Shown here: in pieces, positions 19,625-29,612 of the stretch
How positions within the stretch are numbered: the first letter of the stretch is position 1
Layout: every line of letters begins with the position of its first letter
Virus record (IMG/VR): IMGVR_UViG_3300028392_000059
Span: 11,365 to 75,364 of that record
From: a virus
Reading direction: 5' to 3' (one strand)
DNA: 64,000 bases
Made by a program: the position numbers and the translations under genes
Notes under the pieces: model-generated
Databases searched by the model: none
What the model was told of the DNA's origin: nothing
Seen by the model: only the letters and a program-made list of their open reading frames with translations

Positions 19625-21278
19625 TTATAATGTTGATAGTTAAGCTCTGATTGTTATCAAAGAGAATAACATGAGAGTTAGTCCAATTGGTACCTGGTGA
19701 TGTTACATAGAACTGCGTCCTAGGTGTACTCGTTCCTGCACGTTTTACAGTACCCCAAGTGGTAGCAGAGTGGTTATGACCTAATACACAAGGCATACCA
19801 ACTTTTCTAAATTCTTTATTTGATCGAGTAGGAACACCCTTAGGCCCAAGATCACCATGCATATTAAGCAAGTGTCCGGCAACAATATGGTTCTCAGTGC
19901 GATCAAGTGCTTTAAAGCGATCGATGTTTTGAGAATTTAAGTATAGAGCTACAGGATCGCTAGTAGCAGCATAAACTTTAACAGGATTACGCTCTTTAAT
20001 GTCAGCAACAACCATGCTAAAGAGCGTGGAGCCAATTTCTAAATTAGCATCATCTTTAGTCCATCGCATCGTATCAATATATTCATTGACATATTCAATG
20101 TGATTAGATGCCACAACAAAGATTTCAGCGTCAGTACGTTCTTTCATCCAATTGATTTCAGCAACAGCCGACTTCAATTCTGTATCAAGGCTGTCATAAC
20201 CAAGTGGTGCTTTCCAAGCGCGTCTAGTAGCTTGTTTAATTTCCCATTTAGACACGCTGTCACAATCTACAAAATCATGTAAATATACACGTTCTGGGTT
20301 AATGGTGGGAATAAGTTGATTAAAGGTAACATCACGAACAACAGGATCAGTTTTACCTGTATGCCAGTCACCCAGAACAATAGCTTTAATAGCGTTAGTG
20401 TGTGGTTTAATTACAGTCTCACCACTATAATAGAATGAGCCACCGCTACGATGATCTAGATCATAACAGCCATTATTTTTGTCAGCAAACAAATGATAAT
20501 ATTGTGTAAAACCATCACCATCGCAGTTCAGTACTACAGCACCATACACATGATTGTGCATAGCAACAGCACCAGTGCGATCTTGTTGTCCAAGCTTGTC
20601 AAGTGTATATGTGGGATGTGTAACAGCACATGATGTCATAATAGCTTTAGGATAGCAATCAACAATCATTTGATGTTGTAATTCTGCAGCGGGTGCCGCA
20701 AAGATTTGATGTGTATTACCACCAAGTTCACACAAAGAGTCTGTAAGAAAGCGTTCTAACGTTGGACGCAAGCGTTCGGTGTTGAGATTAAAGCTGCCAT
20801 TACACACAAGCATGTCGTAAAAGAGAATTTTACCCTTAAGACGATTTGGAAAAAGTTGTGTATATTTACCATCAATAAACTTAACAGGACCGTATTTGAT
20901 TGGTAATACTACTAACACAGCATTTTGATGTTTGCAATATGTTTCAAGTGTAGTAAGCCAATCATTGTTCAACGAGCCACCAAATTGAGCAGCAGTAACA
21001 ACAATTTTCTTAGCGTTACGAACAAGCTTATCACTAACCTTAAAAGCATCTAATTGACGTAAAGCACGTTGTGGTACGGGAATACCAACACCATCTGCTC
21101 TACGCCAGATCAGCTCAGGCAGCTTGTTCTTATCCTTTATTTTATTATATTCTTTTACAAGCTTGAGGATGTCTTCTTCAGGACAATCCAAAGCACGAGC
21201 AATATCATGATAGCTTGTAAACGATACAGCATCATTCCAAACCTTAACGAAAGCTTTTGCTTGATCAAGCTTCTTCAT
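19599..21278 (-). CDS. Calcineurin-like metallophosphoesterase, T5 A1-like
   Basis: Likely start MKKLDQAK at 21278; motifs GDWH, HDFVD, SNH, MHGD, GHNH; middle region IVVTAAQ...LETYCKHQNAVLVVLPIKY recalls the T5 A1 family. Confidence 0.65.
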   Translation of the reverse strand: MKKLDQAKAFVKVWNDAVSFTSYHDIARALDCPEEDILKLVKEYNKIKDKNKLPELIWRRADGVGIPVPQRALRQLDAFKVSDKLVRNAKKIVVTAAQFGGSLNNDWLTTLETYCKHQNAVLVVLPIKYGPVKFIDGKYTQLFPNRLKGKILFYDMLVCNGSFNLNTERLRPTLERFLTDSLCELGGNTHQIFAAPAAELQHQMIVDCYPKAIMTSCAVTHPTYTLDKLGQQDRTGAVAMHNHVYGAVVLNCDGDGFTQYYHLFADKNNGCYDLDHRSGGSFYYSGETVIKPHTNAIKAIVLGDWHTGKTDPVVRDVTFNQLIPTINPERVYLHDFVDCDSVSKWEIKQATRRAWKAPLGYDSLDTELKSAVAEINWMKERTDAEIFVVASNHIEYVNEYIDTMRWTKDDANLEIGSTLFSMVVADIKERNPVKVYAATSDPVALYLNSQNIDRFKALDRTENHIVAGHLLNMHGDLGPKGVPTRSNKEFRKVGMPCVLGHNHSATTWGTVKRAGTSTPRTQFYVTSPGTNWTNSHVILFDNNQSLTINIINGKYCVKQ

Positions 21279-21504
21279 AAGTCTTCTCAAAAATGTCAGG
21301 CTTACACGGATAGAATTCACCATTAACACCACGAATGATGTAATCATAGAGCTTTGCTGTCATTACACCTTTAAGTGTGATAATCTGCAAACCACCACCA
21401 GGTGTATACTTAATATTATTTCCAGCAAAATCGCCTAACGCGTGTAGATTCATTCCTGTCCATTGAACAGCTTGAATCTCAACTGGTAGTTTCCGGTACC
21501 TCAT
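21265..21504 (-). CDS. Conserved phage protein (RKxPVxIxAVQW...YPCKPDIFEKTYE family)
   Basis: Recognisable widespread phage family, function unknown. Confidence 0.75.
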   Translation of the reverse strand: MRYRKLPVEIQAVQWTGMNLHALGDFAGNNIKYTPGGGLQIITLKGVMTAKLYDYIIRGVNGEFYPCKPDIFEKTYEEA

Positions 21505-21889
21505 TCTTTTTCTTTCTGACGCGTGTCACTTTAAGACTAAGTGCGTCCATTGTAAACTCAACTAAATAATCAAGCAAATACGCATGTGCTTCTCTACCGG
21601 GCTCATACTCACCAACGTCTTCATGTATCATTTGTGTAACATGAAGGCATTCATGTGCAATCACAGAAGCAGCGTTATCAACCATATCAGGAGGAAAACG
21701 CATTACAATACACTGACCTTTAGGGCTATCAAAGTTCCATGTAGATGCGTAGCCCTGAGCCATGTCTGTTTGACGAGCATCTTTAAAGCCAACGGCTTCA
21801 AGGCCTGCATACATGGCCTCAGGGTTATCACATACACCAACCATTGTATTATAGGGGACCGCTTGGATCCACCTAATTTTATCTAGCAT
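21479..21889 (-). CDS. Putative HExxH metallopeptidase-like protein
   Basis: IAHECLH followed by EAHAY. Confidence 0.5.
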   Translation of the reverse strand: MLDKIRWIQAVPYNTMVGVCDNPEAMYAGLEAVGFKDARQTDMAQGYASTWNFDSPKGQCIVMRFPPDMVDNAASVIAHECLHVTQMIHEDVGEYEPGREAHAYLLDYLVEFTMDALSLKVTRVRKKKNEVPETTS

Positions 21890-23538
21890 TATTGCTTACC
21901 TTTAAGCTTTGTATTCATTTGGTTAGCAAAATCAGACTGTTTCTGATTAAATTGGTCTTTTGGTGTAATAATAGACTCATCTTTGCTAATTTCTATCTGT
22001 CCTTCATCATCATCATAATCGGGAGGTAACAGATCATTTTGCTTAAGAATAAGAAGCCAGATAGTACGCGGAATAAGACCCTGTTGGTACCATTCAGTAG
22101 CTAAGCGAAGCCAATCTGCACCATGTGGCATAGGATTGAAATCACTAGATAGCTCAAAATCAATATCAGCGGCCTTAAGCTCAATATCATAATACCAGTT
22201 AAGCATGAAGCAAATAACTTGCCGCATAGTATTACTGACTTTAAGATTTAGAGAACCAAGTTGAGCAGTTTGAGCAGCATTACGTATTTCAAGGGCTACA
22301 CCTGATTGATCACCATGCTCAGGAGCAAGCATACGTACACCAAGCTTTGCAATTTCTTCATAACCTGAAGCAATAGCCTTTTCCATGTCTTGAAGAGCGT
22401 CTGTAGGCGTCTTAAGAACATCAGCTTTGTCTTCAGGGTTAGGAAGCAAAATCCAAGAGCCTAGACCACCACTGACAATCTGGTCAAACTTTGCATCGTC
22501 CATAGATGAACAAATAACAGGTGTATAAGTAGCGGCACCATACATAAGGTGATTACGACGAGAGATCTTATTGTAAAGCGCAATCTCTTTATCAATAATA
22601 GGAGTAAGTAGAGGAATCGTACCATCTACACTACCATTCAAAGGCCACGCAGGAATAACCATAACAGGCTTATCATTAATGATAACAGGAATTGTGTCAA
22701 TCAACTTAAACACAGGACGCTTAGCGTTGTTGACAATTGTATGTCCACCCTGCACACCAACAGCTTCACGAGAGTCTTCAAGCTCAAATACACGAACTTG
22801 ATATTTACCGTCAGGTGTTAGCTCATGTACCCACACTGTTTCAACGTACTTAGGGTGAAACTCGTAGATATCATCATCGTATCGCTGTTGATACCCTTTT
22901 ACAATGACGCGATCAAGAACAGTACGCCCATTAGGATCAGTGCGTGTGCGAGTGTTGATAATGTTCTCAGCTCGATGAAGAACCGGATATGGTTTAATAG
23001 CTTTACGATCTTCAATTGACATTTCCTCATCAATGCGAGGATAATCTACAAAGATCCATGCTCGACTTGTTTGTACTTCTTCCCATAGTGCTGCGTCAAG
23101 AAAAGCAGACATTGCACTATCGTCCTTGCCGAACTCATGCATAAGCCACTTTGCAGCATCTTTTTCAACATCATCAGGAAGCTTTAGTGTTGGCTGCTTA
23201 CGAAGAAGGCCACCTACTAGCGTCTTGCTAAATTGTGCAGTAATACCAGGAAGTTCAGCTTCAGCCTTGTAAAAGTTATATTGTAACTGCGACATAGAAG
23301 GTGAGAAGGGAATGAGCAAGTTTGTAAAGTTAACAGTATCAATTATACTATCGAAGTCCTTCACAAACTGCTCACCATTACACACTGCGCGACTCTTAAG
23401 CCATACGTATACGAGTGAACGATACGCATCAGATGGATCAGCTACAGTCTTTGTTTGATCAGCAGCCGAAGTCTGAACGACAGATGACTTAACAGAAAAT
23501 CCAGCTGACTTTAACGAATTGAAAGTAGCCTCATCCAT
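21889..23538 (-). CDS. Portal protein (DUF4055-type)
   Basis: 549 aa; LVGGLLRKQP, RAWIFVDYP and YPVLHRAENIIN; position in head module. Confidence 0.85.
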   Translation of the reverse strand: MDEATFNSLKSAGFSVKSSVVQTSAADQTKTVADPSDAYRSLVYVWLKSRAVCNGEQFVKDFDSIIDTVNFTNLLIPFSPSMSQLQYNFYKAEAELPGITAQFSKTLVGGLLRKQPTLKLPDDVEKDAAKWLMHEFGKDDSAMSAFLDAALWEEVQTSRAWIFVDYPRIDEEMSIEDRKAIKPYPVLHRAENIINTRTRTDPNGRTVLDRVIVKGYQQRYDDDIYEFHPKYVETVWVHELTPDGKYQVRVFELEDSREAVGVQGGHTIVNNAKRPVFKLIDTIPVIINDKPVMVIPAWPLNGSVDGTIPLLTPIIDKEIALYNKISRRNHLMYGAATYTPVICSSMDDAKFDQIVSGGLGSWILLPNPEDKADVLKTPTDALQDMEKAIASGYEEIAKLGVRMLAPEHGDQSGVALEIRNAAQTAQLGSLNLKVSNTMRQVICFMLNWYYDIELKAADIDFELSSDFNPMPHGADWLRLATEWYQQGLIPRTIWLLILKQNDLLPPDYDDDEGQIEISKDESIITPKDQFNQKQSDFANQMNTKLKGKQ

Positions 23539-23541
23539 GGT

Positions 23542-23709
23542 TTAGGCCTTCATTGCAGCATTGAACTCTTCGAGAGTTCCAATAAAGTTTTCACCAGACG
23601 TATGGTTGACAGCCACCAATGTGACACCATCTTCATTGTCCATAGTGAGATTCCAGTTGCAAGGAACACGATCCTCGAACTTGGTAACGGGAGCGACAGT
23701 AATGTCCAT
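23542..23709 (-). CDS. Hypothetical protein, 55 aa (MDITVAPVTKFEDRVPCNW...)
   Basis: Hand-translated; exactly fills the gap before the portal gene. Confidence 0.65.
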   Translation of the reverse strand: MDITVAPVTKFEDRVPCNWNLTMDNEDGVTLVAVNHTSGENFIGTLEEFNAAMKA

Positions 23710-23711
23710 TT

Positions 23712-24260
23712 CTACGGCCATGGTTTTCTTAGTCCTTTAATGATTACTGAATCAGCTCTTGAACCTTTGTATAGAGCTGTTCTTGTGAGACTGCCCTTAT
23801 AAGCAGTTACGGTTGTGCCAGAGAATGTCCAGCCGGTATTATTGCCACCATCAGTAGAATTAGCAGCAAACCATGTACTTGCAGGTGTTGCGTTAATATT
23901 GCTGATTGTGTCATAATTTACAGTTACAGTTCCAGTCCCTGAGTAATTTAATGTAGCATCGGTAGCATTGATAGAACGTGTTAAACTTGCGTTATTTAAA
24001 CTAAAGTTTTTAACGTTCATCGCAGTAGAGCTAAAACCATATTGAGACTTAAAGCCAAAACTAACAGTAACGCTAGAAAGTCCTGTAGTGATATTACCTA
24101 ATGTTAAACCTTCATAAAGAATTTCAGTAGGTGCGTTGCTGGCAATTTCTAAAGTGACACCACTCCAGTCGCCTTGCTCAGGACCACCTATCCATAGAGT
24201 ATTGCTGGCAGAGCCTGATAGTTTTAATGTGCCAGTACCAGAAGCAGCAAGTTGTCCCAT
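23712..24260 (-). CDS. C-terminal partner of the beta-solenoid fibre/adhesin protein
   Basis: Same S/T/G/N-rich beta repeats; ends the domain with ANSTDGGNNTGWTF; TAATG overlap with upstream ORF and GGAGG RBS. Confidence 0.65.
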   Translation of the reverse strand: MGQLAASGTGTLKLSGSASNTLWIGGPEQGDWSGVTLEIASNAPTEILYEGLTLGNITTGLSSVTVSFGFKSQYGFSSTAMNVKNFSLNNASLTRSINATDATLNYSGTGTVTVNYDTISNINATPASTWFAANSTDGGNNTGWTFSGTTVTAYKGSLTRTALYKGSRADSVIIKGLRKPWP

Positions 24261-27208
24261 TAGTCGCCTCCACTACTAGAATAGTAGTTTGGATCACCGC
24301 CATTTTGAAAATTGCCGCTTGTAATTTCTAACGTACCGCTATTAAAAAAGATGTTAGTAACAAATGTGTAAGTATAAGAAATTGTGTTACACTTAAGATA
24401 AAACCCATTTAAATTAAGATGAGACACAAATGACAGTATACCGCTAGTAGTAAGATCACTAGATAGAAGAATAGTAGTACCTACAGCGTAACCTACTGTA
24501 ATATTACCAAAAACCTTGCCAGAGGGAATGGTAAGAGTAGCACCAGTTAAAATTAATGTTAAACCACCAACATTACAATTGTTACCAAATATTGCAAAGC
24601 CTGTGCTCACAACTTGAAGCGTACCTGCGATAACACCATTATAATTTGTAGAATCAAATCCCGCAACAAACTGGAAGCTATTGCTTATACTTACAGTATC
24701 CGAGCCACTATCTAAATAAAAATATAATGGATTACTTCCAGGAATAATCGTACGAGTGCCAGTTGTTGGGTTACCAGATAAGTAGATTCCTCCACTATAT
24801 TGATTACCATTTCCTGAGTAAACTGTAGTATTCGTACCTGTCAGAATGTGTTTGCTATATGCAGCACTACAGTCAAGAATACCTGAATTACTTAAAGTGG
24901 CAGAGGTAAATGTATAACCCGCATAAACAATAGTAGCACCAGCATTAACAGTAACAGTACCACTTATACTACGGTTAGCTGGTAATGTAGTTGTTGATCC
25001 AGTGTTTGCAACTAAATTTGTAATAGTTATCTGTGAACTTGCGGGTAAAGTAAAACTTACATACCCACCAATATTCATAGTAGTTGTAGTTATTTTGTAG
25101 CTATTATATACAAAAGTTACAACAGAAGATGCTGCCAGTGTCAACGATGTTAACGTAATATTACTAGATAATGTAAAAGTAATAGTACCATTTAATGTAA
25201 GATCACTATACGTTAATGTATAAGAGCCATATGAAATGGTAGCACCAGCAAACAGGCTTAGCGAGTAAAATGACATATCATTTGGTAATGTAAATGCTAC
25301 ATTTGCTGCTAATGTTAAAGAGTTAGAAGGATTTAGTACAGTATAACCACCTGTATAGAAGGTAAGGCTCACTGTATTGTTAATCTTCAAATCAGTACAA
25401 ACAAGAATATTTGCAAAATAGGTACTATTATTTATAACAGCTGTATAAACGACTACAGGATTAACACTATAGTTTATGTTACCGCCGCTAAATGTTAGAG
25501 TATTAAATGTTGTAGTTCTAGAATTAGTGTTAAGGAATAATGTACCGCCCGTAAGTACACATTGATCAATAGTAACTGCTGACGGCGGTGAGAACGTAAT
25601 TGAACTTGTAAAAGTAACAACGCCAGTCCCTACAACAAACCCGGCAAAAGCACTACCAAATGTGATATTACTGAGTGTAAAGCTACCATTTAAATAGCCA
25701 CTAAATACGCTCAAATCTAACGAACCAATAAAAGGCCCATAAATAATGGCACTACCGTTTCCACTAGCTTTAACATTAATGGCAATACTAGAAGTATACG
25801 TTCTAGCTGCAGAACCGGCACCATTACAGTTAAACACAAAACCAGAGGGGATTGTACCACCAGTTACACTAATAACAGTGCCACTAGCACCAGTTAACGT
25901 AATACCACCGCTAGTCGCAGATATAGTGCCACCGGTCATATTAAGCGATGGTGATGTTATTGTAATTGAGCTTATATTAAACGTACCAGCACTAATAGTC
26001 AACGAGGCAAGTGTACGTGCAGTATCTGCAATAGTAGTTATACCCGATTTGCTTAAATTAAGCCCCAGCGAATACAAAATAAAAGGCAGCGTATTATTTG
26101 CCTGCGGTGACCATACAAGTGCACTTGTTGTTGTAGAACTAATAAAAGAAGGTAAGGCTGCAGTAGCAAGAGTACCAGTCATTTTACCAGAACCAGACAC
26201 AACACCGTCTATACTTACACCAATGAAATTAGCAAGATTGACAGTATCAGCAAGCGTGTTAATATACAGTACAACATCACCAGTCGTAACATTCACTGTT
26301 CGAGTACCTGTGGTACCAGTCGATGAAAACGTAACACTCAAGTTACCGCTAGGGCGTGTACCGCCTGTAACAGTCAATGTAGCTGTACCACTACCACCTG
26401 AACACGTAACAGTATTAGAGCCCATTGTAAGGACACCACCTGTTTGTGAAAAAGTGTTACAAGTTAAATTACCATTAAATGTAATATTACCCGACACAAT
26501 ACTAATAGGAGCAGTTGTTGTGATACCACCAGAAAATGTAACAGTATTACCTCCACCAGCGTCTACAGTAACACTACATGTTAATGACGCCGTAGGTACA
26601 GTAATAGAACAAGCGGTAGATACGAGTATAGCTGATGACGTTGCAGTACCAGCAATTTTACTGCTAACCGTCGTTACAATACTTAAACCACCCGCTTGTA
26701 GCGTAAGTATATCTGCTGAGCCTAGTGTAAGTGTTACAGGTCGTTTAGTACCCGTATTGTCTGTTGTATCAACGATACTCAAACCATAGATAGTACGAGA
26801 CACTGTAGTGTTCATTGCAACAGATTGTGCTAACGAAGCGTTTGTAGTTACATAACACATATCACCTGTAGTAGGTGCAGAAGCAGCAGTAGCTTCAACA
26901 GCTAAAATAGGTTGCGATGTAAAGGCAGCTGTACTTGCAGTTAATGTATACGTACCTGTACCATCCGAATTTGCAGCTGTATTGGATGAGATAATACCAC
27001 AAGCAACCATTGCTGTAGCAGTGTTATACCGATACAGACGATAGCCATTAGGTAGTTTACCGTTACCATCACCAGCGGTTACAGTTAATGATGTACCTGT
27101 AGTATTGATTTGAGCAGTCACGCGGCGAGGACCATTAGCAAACCAGTTTGTAGTACTTGAAATAGAAGCAGATGTATTAGCAAGCATGAACAGATATCTA
27201 TCAGCCAT
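24260..27208 (-). CDS. Large Thr/Ser/Gly-rich beta-helix fibre/adhesin-like virion protein (982 aa)
   Basis: Very few charged residues; repeated LTxTGGT/ITFxG beta-strand units as in autotransporter-like solenoids. Confidence 0.65.
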   Translation of the reverse strand: MADRYLFMLANTSASISSTTNWFANGPRRVTAQINTTGTSLTVTAGDGNGKLPNGYRLYRYNTATAMVACGIISSNTAANSDGTGTYTLTASTAAFTSQPILAVEATAASAPTTGDMCYVTTNASLAQSVAMNTTVSRTIYGLSIVDTTDNTGTKRPVTLTLGSADILTLQAGGLSIVTTVSSKIAGTATSSAILVSTACSITVPTASLTCSVTVDAGGGNTVTFSGGITTTAPISIVSGNITFNGNLTCNTFSQTGGVLTMGSNTVTCSGGSGTATLTVTGGTRPSGNLSVTFSSTGTTGTRTVNVTTGDVVLYINTLADTVNLANFIGVSIDGVVSGSGKMTGTLATAALPSFISSTTTSALVWSPQANNTLPFILYSLGLNLSKSGITTIADTARTLASLTISAGTFNISSITITSPSLNMTGGTISATSGGITLTGASGTVISVTGGTIPSGFVFNCNGAGSAARTYTSSIAINVKASGNGSAIIYGPFIGSLDLSVFSGYLNGSFTLSNITFGSAFAGFVVGTGVVTFTSSITFSPPSAVTIDQCVLTGGTLFLNTNSRTTTFNTLTFSGGNINYSVNPVVVYTAVINNSTYFANILVCTDLKINNTVSLTFYTGGYTVLNPSNSLTLAANVAFTLPNDMSFYSLSLFAGATISYGSYTLTYSDLTLNGTITFTLSSNITLTSLTLAASSVVTFVYNSYKITTTTMNIGGYVSFTLPASSQITITNLVANTGSTTTLPANRSISGTVTVNAGATIVYAGYTFTSATLSNSGILDCSAAYSKHILTGTNTTVYSGNGNQYSGGIYLSGNPTTGTRTIIPGSNPLYFYLDSGSDTVSISNSFQFVAGFDSTNYNGVIAGTLQVVSTGFAIFGNNCNVGGLTLILTGATLTIPSGKVFGNITVGYAVGTTILLSSDLTTSGILSFVSHLNLNGFYLKCNTISYTYTFVTNIFFNSGTLEITSGNFQNGGDPNYYSSSGGD

Positions 27209-27212
27209 CTTA

Positions 27213-27596
27213 CTATCCCATCAGTGTATAAAGAATGGACCCTGTAGCAGGTGCTGTACCAAAGTTGTTAACAATGATAGCATTAGCTGACGAAGGATAC
27301 CAATCACAATAGATAGGGTAACCCGTTGTAGAGTCTCTAAAAGCCATAAGTAAGCTAGTAGTATTTAAATTATGAGTAATTGTAAATGTTACAGCACTAC
27401 CATTACCTATGCTACCAGATAAGATCGATACAGCCCTAGATGGAATCCATTTAGTGCCATCCCATTGAATACGATCACCAGTAGCAGGTGTGCCTGTAAC
27501 CTCAATTTTGTCAGTATTTAAATTACTAAAATTACTATCGACTTCAGTATTCGTCAACGGAGAGCCTTTAGTAGCTCTACTGACAATTGTAGACAT
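27213..27596 (-). CDS. Putative fibre/appendage protein
   Basis: Start MSTIVSRATKGSPLTNTEVDSNFSNLN (fibre-attachment-type N-terminus); C-terminal FTITHNLNT module. Confidence 0.6.
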   Translation of the reverse strand: MSTIVSRATKGSPLTNTEVDSNFSNLNTDKIEVTGTPATGDRIQWDGTKWIPSRAVSILSGSIGNGSAVTFTITHNLNTTSLLMAFRDSTTGYPIYCDWYPSSANAIIVNNFGTAPATGSILYTLMG

Positions 27597-28045
27597 TACT
27601 GTGCTGTAACTTTCCAAGTAACAGTCAGCGAGTCACTAGCGCCCTTATTTTGCACAGAGAACACAGTACGATTAAGCATAGTGCCTGCGCTAGAGGCATT
27701 AAAGATACCAGCTTCAGTAATAGCACCAGTAGCCGTACCTGCAGGAAATGTAGCTACATACTGAACACTATCATTTGCTACGTTTGTAGTAACAATTGTT
27801 GTGCTTGTAAGAGCAACACGAGCAAGTTCTGTAACAAGTGCAGATTGAGTTGCACCTGCAGCAGTGGCACTTGTACCAACAGCCATATGTGACATTGCAG
27901 TAGCTGTGGCATCTTTCATACGACTGGCAATATACGCAAAGCCACCATTAACAATCAAATTGTTGTAATTGTATTCATCCACGCTGCCATCTTCACGTTC
28001 GAAGCGCAACGTAAGCTCACCCTTAAGTTCAAGGTTGTCAAGCAT
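27596..28045 (-). CDS. Putative virion structural protein (149 aa)
   Basis: NLIVNGG...MAVGT...ITEAGIFNASSAGTMLNR...LTVTW pattern of phage fibre-associated proteins. Confidence 0.6.
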   Translation of the reverse strand: MLDNLELKGELTLRFEREDGSVDEYNYNNLIVNGGFAYIASRMKDATATAMSHMAVGTSATAAGATQSALVTELARVALTSTTIVTTNVANDSVQYVATFPAGTATGAITEAGIFNASSAGTMLNRTVFSVQNKGASDSLTVTWKVTAQ

Positions 28046-28047
28046 TA

Positions 28048-28839
28048 TTAGGGTATCCTTAATATTGTGCCTACGTAATCGCTCTCAAAGTAAGAAGCAG
28101 ACGTATAGGATTGATTTATCAAAACAAGCGTTTCACTTGCTGTTGTTGTTTCGTTTATAGCTTTACCAAATGTAAGCGTAACACCATCACTCATACTAGT
28201 AGATTCTTGCGTACTAGTAGAAAGCGCCGTACCTGCACTCACAAGGTTATTGCTAACGATTTCGCTAATGTTTGTATAATCAATGAGAACCATTGACTTG
28301 TCAAACACAATGGTATCTGATATGGTAGATGCATCTGTTTTTGTAGAAGCAGTGTTTATTGACACAACTTCTGTAGATGTAACATAATCAGTAATGCTTT
28401 TAGCAGTATCAAATGTCAAATAATCATTTGTACCTACAGTGTCATTAATGATTTTTGAAACATCAAACACAACAAGCTCATTGTTTGAAAACACATCAGT
28501 ATAAACTTTGCTTGCACTAAATGTAATAATTTCAACAGGGTCAACAATATCTACAGTACCGCTAGGATTAGACAGTTCAGGAAACCGCTGACTGGCATTA
28601 TCAATGTCAATATTAAAAGTGTTAGTGTTAGTGTTTGTATCGACTTGATAACCTTTTATAGTAACACTAACAGCTTTTGATTGAGCATCAGCAACGACAG
28701 GCTTTGTTTTAAAATCAGGTAAAACATTAACCTTGTCAGCCTTAGTAGCGACTACGGGTGTGGTTACAGCAACAGCTAAAGTAGGCGAGGCTACAGTTGA
28801 AGCTAATTGCTTGTTGCCTATTGTTACCTGATTAGCCAT
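28048..28839 (-). CDS. Thr/Ser/Asp-rich repeat protein, probably structural
   Basis: About 19-aa repeats of the form ..FDxSKxxxDxxxxxD/E. Confidence 0.55.
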   Translation of the reverse strand: MANQVTIGNKQLASTVASPTLAVAVTTPVVATKADKVNVLPDFKTKPVVADAQSKAVSVTIKGYQVDTNTNTNTFNIDIDNASQRFPELSNPSGTVDIVDPVEIITFSASKVYTDVFSNNELVVFDVSKIINDTVGTNDYLTFDTAKSITDYVTSTEVVSINTASTKTDASTISDTIVFDKSMVLIDYTNISEIVSNNLVSAGTALSTSTQESTSMSDGVTLTFGKAINETTTASETLVLINQSYTSASYFESDYVGTILRIP

Positions 28840-28841
28840 GT

Positions 28842-29426
28842 TTACACCACGTCAGTAGGACTGAATTGAATTTCAATCATACCCCTAAGCGGCTTCCATG
28901 TTTTGACAATAATAGAGTTAGTAGGTTCAGTGACACGAAGTTCAAAGAAGCCATACACATGCGACATTACTGTAGGAGCAACACCCCAAGTATTACCTAG
29001 TGTAGACGGGAATTGCACATACACATAGTTAAGCTGTGTCTCTTGCCAGTATGGATCAACATCAGGCGTAGTAGCACTGACACGATTAACACCAGTAAGG
29101 AGCTTGTAATACTTGCTATTGTACAAAACAACATTCTCAATGCTGTAAGATGTAGCAGCCGCCCAATTACCACGTAGCGTAGGCACACGAACAGTAAGTG
29201 TAGTCTGTACACCACTAGGCTTTACTGTAGAAGGCTTATCGGACTGTGCAGCAACATTATCTGCCTCAATCACAACAGCTTCATAGGTGTACCCAGCAGT
29301 GGCATCAGTAAGAAAGTTCAAAAGAATAGGGTACTCTAGTTGCTCGCCTTTGACGAACGACCATAAAACAGAACCACTATCAGAGATAAGGTCTGTCTTG
29401 ATGTCATTAAGTTTACTGCGTGCCAT
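28842..29426 (-). CDS. Virion-associated protein with inserted carbohydrate-binding (CBM5/12-like) module
   Basis: RGNWAAATSYSIENVVLYNSKYY...PDVDPYW. Confidence 0.55.
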   Translation of the reverse strand: MARSKLNDIKTDLISDSGSVLWSFVKGEQLEYPILLNFLTDATAGYTYEAVVIEADNVAAQSDKPSTVKPSGVQTTLTVRVPTLRGNWAAATSYSIENVVLYNSKYYKLLTGVNRVSATTPDVDPYWQETQLNYVYVQFPSTLGNTWGVAPTVMSHVYGFFELRVTEPTNSIIVKTWKPLRGMIEIQFSPTDVV

Positions 29427-29610
29427 GTGTTTGTTCCATCACAGTTAAAAGGCATGGACCATCAAGATTGACAATCGTGCCATTTTCTAGATGGACAGGA
29501 TAAGTCCAAGATCGATCGTCGGTAAGTAGATGAACACCAGATTTGATATCATCAACACAAAGACGACCATACGCTGTATCACGATATTCGGGAAACAAAG
29601 AAAGTTGCAT
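29413..29610 (-). CDS. Hypothetical protein (65 aa)
   Basis: ORF with RBS, tightly packed. Confidence 0.55.
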   Translation of the reverse strand: MQLSLFPEYRDTAYGRLCVDDIKSGVHLLTDDRSWTYPVHLENGTIVNLDGPCLLTVMEQTHGTQ

Positions 29611-29612
29611 AA

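Noticed and set aside
25746-26789. 347-aa plus-strand Val/Pro-rich ORF
   Set aside because: Antisense mirror of the Thr/Gly-rich solenoid gene
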